From Polyangiales bacterium (GTDB lineage: Bacteria; Myxococcota_A; Polyangia; Polyangiales; Ga0077539), in assembly GCA_044229975.1 (NCBI GenBank), contig JBGARZ010000008.1, positions 160,001-224,000 of the forward strand: 64,000 nt of DNA, given 5' to 3'. Positions within the stretch are counted from its first letter, which is position 1. Each line of letters opens with the position of its first letter. Of this stretch, positions 57,434-64,000 are shown in pieces. The notes below the pieces were generated by a model, which worked only from the letters and a program-made list of their open reading frames with translations, had not been told where the DNA came from and did no database searches. The translations under genes and the position numbers were made by a program.

Positions 57434-59358
57434 ATCGGCATAGGGGCGGCCCCTCCGTGAGGAGGAGCCGACCCCTGCCACACCACCGGACAAGCGGGTC
57501 CGCATCCGGCGGTTCGGACGGTTGAGGTCACCTCCGTAGCCTCCACAACCCGAGGCTGTCGAACCAACTGGGTCGGAGCGTGAAGCCCAGGCGGAGCGCG
57601 CGGCGCCACCAGCCACCGGCCGAGGCCACCGACTTCCAGCTTGCTTCGTCCCCTTGTCCAAGGGCGCGCAGCGACTGGTAGATCGTGATGCCTCGCTTCC
57701 AGTGCTTCAGTTGCACCATCCGAAGGCGACGGCGAATCCACTCGTCCAGCCCCTCGAAGAGCTTCGTCTGCTGCGTGAGGCGGTAGTACGCCCACCACCC
57801 ACGCAGGTACCGATTCAGCCTCTCGATCAGTTGCACCAGACTGCGACCCGCCGTCCGGCTCGTGAGCTCCCGCACACGCGCCTTGAACGCCTCTTGCGAC
57901 TTCGCCGACACCCCTCGCTTCACTTCTCCGCCGTGCGCGTAGAACTGAAAGCCCAGGAACTTCCGTCCCTTGACCGGCGCCACCGCGCTCTTGGACTCGT
58001 TGACCCGGAGGTGCAGCGACGCGAAGCGCTCCCGCAGGAATGCCATCACTCGCTCGCCCGCCCGCTCCGACCTCACGTACACGTTGAGGTCGTCGGCGTA
58101 GCGCACGAACGCGTGACCGCGCTGCTCCAACTCCTTGTCCACTTCGTCCAGAAGCACGTTCGCCAGCAGTGGTGACAGCGGGCCGCCTTGCGGCGTTCCC
58201 TCCGTCCGCGCCGTCGCGATCCCGTCGGCCATCATCCCGGCCTCCAGGTAGCGACGGATGAGCCTCAGCAGGCGCTTGTCCTCGATGCGTTTGGCCAACC
58301 GGCCCATCAGCACGTCGTGGTTCACGCGGTCGAAGAACGCTTCGAGGTCCACGTCCACCACCACCCCGCGCCCCTCCTGGACGTAGCGCTGTGCGACGAC
58401 AATCGCGTCGTGCGCGCTGCGCCCCGGGCGGAACCCGTAGCTGTGCTGTGAGAAGGTCGGATCGAATCGAGGCTGAAGCACCTGGAGGATCGCCTGTTGG
58501 AGGAGACGATCCAGGGCCGTCGGGATGCCGAGAGTCCTCGTGCCGCCCGACGCCTTGGGGATCTCGCACGATCTCACCGGCTGCGGTTGGTAGCGCCCCG
58601 CGAGGAGGTCCTCGCGCAGACGCGGCCAGTGCACACGCAGGTGGGCCGCGAGATCCTTCGTCTCCATCCCGTCCACTCCGGGGCTGCCCCGGTTGCTCTG
58701 CACCCGCTGGAGCGCCCGCAAGAGGTTGTCCCTTCCGAGGACCGCCTCCAGCAAGGCGCTGGTGCCCGAGTGCTCGTCTCCTTTCGTCGCCGTGGGGTCT
58801 TCCTCGCGGGGCTGCGCGTTGAGGGCTTCACCCTCGTCGCGCCTCCCTCGCCCCGGTGGTGTCCCGGGCATCTGAGGCGGTTCCCTTTTGAGACTCATGG
58901 TCGATGCACCCTCCCTTCCGTTTGGTCCTTTGCGCGGCCGTCGGCCCTTCGTCGTGGCGTTCCCCGTCGTGTCTCCGACGTCGTTGGCGACGTCGGCGCG
59001 GGAGCCCAGGTTTTCGGACGCGCTACTACGACCTCTGCTGACTTCCTGCGCCGCACGTTGGTGTGTGTCGCCCTTTCAGGCGTGAAGCAGGATCTCCCCG
59101 GGTAAGAAACGCTGGCTTTCACGGCGCAACCGCCCGATCTACCGCACGGTCTCTTGGTCATTGGAGCTTCGCGGCTCCTTGCCCGCTCGCCCCAGACCGC
59201 ACGGCCTCACATCGGCTTTCTGTCCGTCGGCTCGCCGTTTCGCGTCGGGCTTCCTTCAGACAGTCCGTTGCCTCGCTGCCCTTGCCTCTCGCGTGGATCG
59301 TCATGACCTACTTTCCCGGGGACTTGCACCCCGAAGCCAACGCCCATGCCGGGCGCAC
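57434..59358 (-). mobile_element. Group II intron, bacterial class C (about 1925 nt)
   Basis: 5' end GTGCGCCCGGCATGGGCG; domain V GAACCGCCGGATGCGGACCCGCTTGTCCGGTGGTG (CGC triad); domain VI ending CCCTATGCCGAT; boundaries confirmed by the uninterrupted copy of the target at 59559-59643. Confidence 0.93.
57528..58898 (-). CDS. ltrA: Group II intron reverse transcriptase/maturase (no endonuclease domain)
   Basis: RT0 GSPGVDG, LGIPT, SYGFRPGRS, GTPQGGPLSP, RYADD, X domain GWWAYY. Confidence 0.95.
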   Translation of the reverse strand: MSLKREPPQMPGTPPGRGRRDEGEALNAQPREEDPTATKGDEHSGTSALLEAVLGRDNLLRALQRVQSNRGSPGVDGMETKDLAAHLRVHWPRLREDLLAGRYQPQPVRSCEIPKASGGTRTLGIPTALDRLLQQAILQVLQPRFDPTFSQHSYGFRPGRSAHDAIVVAQRYVQEGRGVVVDVDLEAFFDRVNHDVLMGRLAKRIEDKRLLRLIRRYLEAGMMADGIATARTEGTPQGGPLSPLLANVLLDEVDKELEQRGHAFVRYADDLNVYVRSERAGERVMAFLRERFASLHLRVNESKSAVAPVKGRKFLGFQFYAHGGEVKRGVSAKSQEAFKARVRELTSRTAGRSLVQLIERLNRYLRGWWAYYRLTQQTKLFEGLDEWIRRRLRMVQLKHWKRGITIYQSLRALGQGDEASWKSVASAGGWWRRALRLGFTLRPSWFDSLGLWRLRR

Positions 59359-59643
59359 AAAGCGAGCGCCCCTCCGGGGCTTCCGGAAGACCACCATTGC
59401 CACCAGGCCGCAAGCGGCCAGGGCCCACGCCGCGGCGTCAGCGAGGCGCGCGACGGTCGGGTCCGCAGTCGTCGGAGACTGCCAACGTTGCCGTTGCGCG
59501 CCGCGCTGACGCCGCGGCGTGGAACCAGAACCGTGAGCCTGTCCGTAGTGGTCGATCCCTTCCGGAAGCCCCGGAGGGGCGCTCGCTTTTGCTTGCCCGG
59601 TGGTGCAGGCGCGGAACGCGACCAACCCCGGTCCGAAGCGGCC
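59359..59643. repeat. Nested inverted-repeat element (left arm continues at 57379-57433 beyond the intron)
   Basis: Outer arms about 85 bp; inner arms 59425-59456 and 59491-59522 (2 mismatches). Confidence 0.9.
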
Positions 59644-59672
59644 CCAGCGACCGCCTGAGTCCACCTGTTGAG

Positions 59673-59697
59673 GGGTGCGACATAGTTCGTCGCACCC
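59673..59697. promoter_or_regulatory. Candidate operator GGGTGCGAC-N7-GTCGCACCC upstream of the VOC gene
   Basis: Perfect 9-bp dyad about 70 bp upstream of ATG 59769. Confidence 0.5.
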
Positions 59698-59768
59698 GGC
59701 GCACATCCTTCTTCTCGTCCACCGGCGACGAGTGACGTCGCCCGTCGACCATCGAGAAGGAGCCCATC

Positions 59769-60194
59769 ATGAGCCTGAGTGTCGTGACCCATCTGAACCT
59801 GCGCGGCGATGCCCGTGCGGCGCTTGAGTTCTATCGATCCGTCTTCGGTGGTGACCTGACCATCGTCTCGTACCAGGACGCTGGAAACGTGCAGAACCCG
59901 GCCGAGGCCAACCAGGTGATGTGGGGACAGGTCGCGGCCGCCAACGGCTTCCGCGTGATGGCCTACGACGTCCCGTCGAGCCGGCCATGGAGCCGCGGGG
60001 AGGACCCCTTCTTCGTCTCGCTCCGCGGCGAGACGACCGACGAGGTCACCGCGTTCTGGGAGAAGCTCGCCGTCGGCGCGACCGTCGTGCAGCCGCTGGC
60101 CCCCGCGCAGTGGGCGCCCGTCTACGGCATGCTGAAAGACCGCTTCGGCATCACCTGGGTCGTCGACGTCGTCAGCCCGTACGCCGCGCCCTGA
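59769..60194 (+). CDS. VOC/PhnB-like glyoxalase superfamily protein
   Basis: HLNLRGDARAALEFY..VFGG, YGMLKDRFGITW; AGAAGGAG RBS. Confidence 0.88.
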   Translation: MSLSVVTHLNLRGDARAALEFYRSVFGGDLTIVSYQDAGNVQNPAEANQVMWGQVAAANGFRVMAYDVPSSRPWSRGEDPFFVSLRGETTDEVTAFWEKLAVGATVVQPLAPAQWAPVYGMLKDRFGITWVVDVVSPYAAP

Positions 60195-60233
60195 CACACG
60201 CGAGCACGCGCGACTTCGAAGGGGAAGGGCCTC

Positions 60234-60746
60234 CTACGGCGCGAGCGAGTGGATCGCGTCGAGCACCTCGGTCGCGTGCACGCCCGGATCGACGTCGGGG
60301 AAGATCCGGCGAATCACCCCGTCGCGGTCGATGACGTAGGTGACGCGCGACGCGAGGCCGAAGGTGCGGCCGACGCCGTAGAGCCGCGTGATCGCCCCAT
60401 CGGGGTCGGCGAGCAATGGGAAGGGCAGGCGGTGCTCGCGCGCGAAGGCCGCGTGCGACGCCACGTCGTCGGTCGAGACGCCGAGCACCTGGGCGCCGAC
60501 CTCCACGAAGCGGCTCCACACGTCGCGGAAGGAGCACGCCTCGCGGGTGCATCCGGGTGTCGCGTCGCGCGGATAGAAGTACAAAACCACCGGGTGCCCG
60601 CGCTCGTCGGCGAGTCGGCGGTCGCGGCCGTCTTGATCGAGCGCGTGAAACTCGGGCGCCCGCGCGCCGGGCGCGAGCAAGCGCGACGACGAACATCCGA
60701 AGGTGAGCACCAGCCCGAAGGCGCCGCCGAGTCGGGCGAGGTTCAT
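60234..60746 (-). CDS. bcp: Bcp/PrxQ-type peroxiredoxin with N-terminal signal/lipobox
   Basis: YFYPRDATPGCTREAC. Confidence 0.88.
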   Translation of the reverse strand: MNLARLGGAFGLVLTFGCSSSRLLAPGARAPEFHALDQDGRDRRLADERGHPVVLYFYPRDATPGCTREACSFRDVWSRFVEVGAQVLGVSTDDVASHAAFAREHRLPFPLLADPDGAITRLYGVGRTFGLASRVTYVIDRDGVIRRIFPDVDPGVHATEVLDAIHSLAP

Positions 60747-60791
60747 GGCGCCGCAGCATAGACGACGTCGTCGCGCCCGCTCCAACAAACC

Positions 60792-60807
60792 TGACAGCCA
60801 CCTGTCA
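60792..60807. promoter_or_regulatory. Candidate operator TGACAG-N4-CTGTCA in the bcp/GST divergent promoter
   Basis: Perfect 6-bp dyad next to an A-rich stretch. Confidence 0.45.
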
Positions 60808-60864
60808 TCACCGTGCGATAGACGTCTCCCCGTGGACCCGGTGCGGTCCATCGGAGGCCCCCCC

Positions 60865-61506
60865 ATGAAGCTCTACTTCCATCCCATGTCCGGAAACTCC
60901 CGCCGCGTGCTGCTCGTCGCCACCCACCTCGACCTTCCCCTCGAACGCATCCTCGTCGACCTCACCCAGGGCGAGCAGCGCGGAGCACCCCACCTCGCGC
61001 GCAACCCCAACGGGCGCGTCCCCGTGCTCGACGACGACGGCTTCGTGCTCTGGGAGTCGCGCGCCATCATGCAGTACCTCGCCGACAAGACGCCGGGCCA
61101 GACGCTGCTCCCGACGGACGCGCGCGGTCGCGCCGAGGTCAACCGCTGGCTCTTCTGGTGCGCCGCCCACATGGCCCCGGCCAACTCCATCGTCGTCTAC
61201 GAAAACGTCGTGAAGACGCTCACCGGCCGCGGCCCGGCCGACCCCGTCGAGCTCGCGCGCGGCGAGTCGCTCATCGCCCAGTACGCGCCCGTCCTCGACG
61301 CCCACCTCGCAGGCAAGACGTGGGTCGCGCACGATCGCGTCACCCTCGCCGACTACTCGCTGGCCGCGTCGTTTGCCCTCGCCGCTCCAGCGCGCCTGCC
61401 CATCGCCGACTACGCCAACCTCCGCGCGTGGCTCTCGCGCGTGCAGGAGCTCGACGCCTGGAAGCGCACCACACCACCCGCGCCGCCTCCTGCTGTTCGC
61501 GCCTGA
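60865..61506 (+). CDS. Glutathione S-transferase
   Basis: NPNGRVPVL, LWESRAI, TLADY; GGAGG RBS. Confidence 0.92.
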   Translation: MKLYFHPMSGNSRRVLLVATHLDLPLERILVDLTQGEQRGAPHLARNPNGRVPVLDDDGFVLWESRAIMQYLADKTPGQTLLPTDARGRAEVNRWLFWCAAHMAPANSIVVYENVVKTLTGRGPADPVELARGESLIAQYAPVLDAHLAGKTWVAHDRVTLADYSLAASFALAAPARLPIADYANLRAWLSRVQELDAWKRTTPPAPPPAVRA

Positions 61507-61584
61507 CCGCACCCTTCGCTACGCACCCGCCAACGTCATGCCGCGGGCTTGCGGTGCCGCGCCTCCGTCAACAGATGGCGCCGC

Positions 61585-63123
61585 ATGCAGCTCTCTCATT
61601 CCCGCTCCCGAGGGGCGTGCGGCGCGGCCTCGTTCGTCCTCGCGCTCGCCGCGACGACGCTCGCGCCACGCCTCGCGCACGCCCAGTTCAGTTCACGGCT
61701 CGTGCTGCGCGGAGAGATCGGCGGCGGCACGATGCTCAGCACCTACCAGCGCGACCAGCTCGGCTACAACGCGCTCGTCCAGGGCGGCGGTCGCGTCGGG
61801 CTGCGACTCTTCGGGCCCGTCGAAATCCAGGCGGGCTTCGGCAGCACGTGGTTTCCCTCCAACGGCCGCGCCGCGGGCCAGCTCTACACCGTCACCGGCG
61901 GCCTCCGCGTCGCCCCGATGCTCGGCCGCGTCGGCTGGGTCTGGATCGACGGCAACGCCGGCCTCGCCCGCACCGCGACCCTCTCGCGCGTCGGCATCGA
62001 CGTCGGCCTCGGCTTCGAGTTCGCCCTCGGTCGCGCCGTCGGCGTCGGCCCCTTCGGTCGCTTCACCAACGTCTTCGCCGCGGCGACGGATCAGCAGAGC
62101 GACGCGGGCTTCTGGTCGGCCGGCCTCTCGATGTCGCTGCGGATTCCGCCCGACGTCGAGGCCCCGGTCGCTCCGCGCGACGCCGACAGCGACGGCATCA
62201 TCGACGCGCAGGATCAGTGCATCAACGTCCCCGCCGGACCACAGCCCGACCCGGCCCGACCGGGCTGTCCGCTGCGCGACGCCGACAGCGACGGCATCGC
62301 CGACGCGCTCGACCAGTGCCCGACCGTCCCCGTTGGGGCGCGACCCGACCCGGCGCGCGCGGGGTGTCCGCTCCTCGACGTCGACAACGACGGCATCGCC
62401 GACGCCAACGACAACTGCCCCGAGCTCCCGCAAGGGCCCAACCCCGACCCCGATCGTCTCGGTTGCCCCGACGGTGACGACGACCACGACGGCGTCGTCA
62501 ACCACGCCGACCAGTGCCGCGCCGAGCCCGCCGGTCCGACGCCCGACCCGGCACGACCGGGCTGCCCCAATCCCGACCGCGATCACGACAGCGTTCCCGA
62601 CGCGCAGGACGCGTGCCCCGACCAGCCCGGCGCGCCCTCCACCAACCCGCGGCGCAACGGCTGCCCCGGCCTCGTGCGCATCGACAACGGACAGATTCGC
62701 ATCAACCGCCCGGTGTTCTTCGCGACCAACCGCGACGTGGTGCTGCGCACCAGCTTCCCGGTGCTCGAAGCCGTCGCCGAAGCCCTCCGCGCGCAGCCCG
62801 GCATCCGCCGCGTCTCCGTCGAAGGACACACCGACGACGTCGGCCGCTCCGACGCCAACATGGACCTCTCGCAGCGCCGCGCCGAGAGCGTGATGGCCTG
62901 GCTCGCCGCGCACGGCATCGAAGCCGGGCGCCTCGAAGCCCACGGCTACGGGCCCACGCGCCCGCTCGTGCAGGGCACCACCCGCGCGGCGCGGGCCGCC
63001 AACCGTCGCGTGGAGTTTCACATCCTCGACCCGGCGCAGGCGACGCCTCCTCCGTCCGCGGGCACCGCCATCGTCGTGCCCTCGTCCCCCGCCACGACCC
63101 CGTCAGGAGCGACGACCCGATGA
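61585..63123 (+). CDS. OmpA-family protein: beta-barrel + thrombospondin type-3 repeats + OmpA C-terminal domain
   Basis: DADSDGI.D..DQCP repeats; EGHTD, LSQRRA, NRRVEF. Confidence 0.9.
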   Translation: MQLSHSRSRGACGAASFVLALAATTLAPRLAHAQFSSRLVLRGEIGGGTMLSTYQRDQLGYNALVQGGGRVGLRLFGPVEIQAGFGSTWFPSNGRAAGQLYTVTGGLRVAPMLGRVGWVWIDGNAGLARTATLSRVGIDVGLGFEFALGRAVGVGPFGRFTNVFAAATDQQSDAGFWSAGLSMSLRIPPDVEAPVAPRDADSDGIIDAQDQCINVPAGPQPDPARPGCPLRDADSDGIADALDQCPTVPVGARPDPARAGCPLLDVDNDGIADANDNCPELPQGPNPDPDRLGCPDGDDDHDGVVNHADQCRAEPAGPTPDPARPGCPNPDRDHDSVPDAQDACPDQPGAPSTNPRRNGCPGLVRIDNGQIRINRPVFFATNRDVVLRTSFPVLEAVAEALRAQPGIRRVSVEGHTDDVGRSDANMDLSQRRAESVMAWLAAHGIEAGRLEAHGYGPTRPLVQGTTRAARAANRRVEFHILDPAQATPPPSAGTAIVVPSSPATTPSGATTR

Positions 63124-64000
63124 AGACCTCTTCGCACTCCTTCGCCCGCGTCGCGCTCCTCGCCGCTCTCGCCCTCGCGGGCTGTGGCGACCGCGCCATC
63201 GTCGGCCCCGCCGAGACCGTCGATGCGTCGACCCTCGTCGACCAGGGTCAGGTCGTCGACACCGGAACCGACGCCGGCACCGATGCAGGCTTCGACGCGC
63301 CCGACGTCGCGACGCCCGATGTCGTCGCACCCGATGTCCCTCTCGATGTCGGGCTCGATGTCGTGACGGGGGACGTCATCCCGCTGGACATCCCCTGCGT
63401 CACCCCGCGCGCGATGTGCGGAACGGCCTGCCGCGACCTCTCCGTCGACGCGCTCAACTGCGGCGCGTGCGGTCGCTCGTGCGGCGCCGGTGAGACCTGC
63501 GTCCTCGGTGCGTGCGCGCCCACCTGCCCGACGGGCTCTGTCGCCTGCGGTCGCGCCTGCGTCGTCACCGCGACGGACGTCCGCCACTGCGGCGCCTGCG
63601 GCAACGCCTGCCCGTCGGGTCAGTCCTGCGTCGCGGGCGTTTGCGGGTGTCCGACCGGCACCACCCTCTGCGGCTCGACCTGCGTTCGGACCGCCACCGA
63701 CCCCGCCCACTGCGGCGTCTGCGACCGCGCCTGCGGGACCGACCAGGTCTGCCTCGCGGGCGCCTGCGCCAGCGCCAGCGCCGGCTGCGGAACGCTCACG
63801 GCGTGCGGTCGTTCGTGCATCGACACTGCGACCGACGCGCGCAACTGCGGCGCCTGCGGGCGTACCTGCGGCGCGCAGGAGACCTGCACCGCGGGGGCGT
63901 GCGTCGCTCTCTGCCCGCTGGGTACCGACCGCTGCGGGACGGCCTGCGTCGACCTCCGCTCGGCCGAGAGTGACTGCGGCCGCTGCGGTCAGCGCTGCCC
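63120..64000 (+). CDS. Cys-rich repeat lipoprotein (myxobacterial type), runs off the window end
   Basis: ATGA overlap with the OmpA gene; lipobox LAGC; D..NCGACG..C repeats. Confidence 0.8.
   Translation, partial: MKTSSHSFARVALLAALALAGCGDRAIVGPAETVDASTLVDQGQVVDTGTDAGTDAGFDAPDVATPDVVAPDVPLDVGLDVVTGDVIPLDIPCVTPRAMCGTACRDLSVDALNCGACGRSCGAGETCVLGACAPTCPTGSVACGRACVVTATDVRHCGACGNACPSGQSCVAGVCGCPTGTTLCGSTCVRTATDPAHCGVCDRACGTDQVCLAGACASASAGCGTLTACGRSCIDTATDARNCGACGRTCGAQETCTAGACVALCPLGTDRCGTACVDLRSAESDCGRCGQRC

Noticed and set aside
57528..58898. Retron, DGR or defence-associated RT
   Set aside because: RT0 and X domains plus complete group II intron ends and domains V/VI identify an intron-encoded protein

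Overview
Very GC-rich bacterial DNA. The gene content (Ser/Thr kinase, FHA protein, several Cys-rich repeat surface proteins, TSP3-OmpA protein, several His kinases) is typical of Myxococcota, probably Polyangiales-like; this assignment is inference. About 55 CDS can be supported. Most are housekeeping or envelope genes (murJ, ndh, gluQ, menC, menE, ccmE, E2 acyltransferase, GSTs, Bcp) mixed with accessory modules. Main points: (1) an intact class C group II intron (57434-59358, minus strand) that splits one arm of a roughly 340-nt nested inverted-repeat element, so the uninterrupted arm fixes the insertion site; (2) an orphan vgrG cassette with two DUF2169 adaptors around an unrecognised candidate spike/effector protein; (3) a eukaryote-type PARG-like gene and a histone-deacetylase-like gene, both truncated at one head-on junction beside an RlaP-type nucleotidyltransferase and a 100-bp perfect inverted repeat; (4) a NaeI-like type II R-M island; (5) a Cys-rich/Kelch gene broken by an in-frame TGA; (6) a palindromic array with a 42-bp period, a second long inverted repeat, and candidate operators downstream of a WYL regulator. 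No rRNA, tRNA or CRISPR array was recognised. All family calls come from motif recognition by eye, without database searches, and start codons are best guesses.
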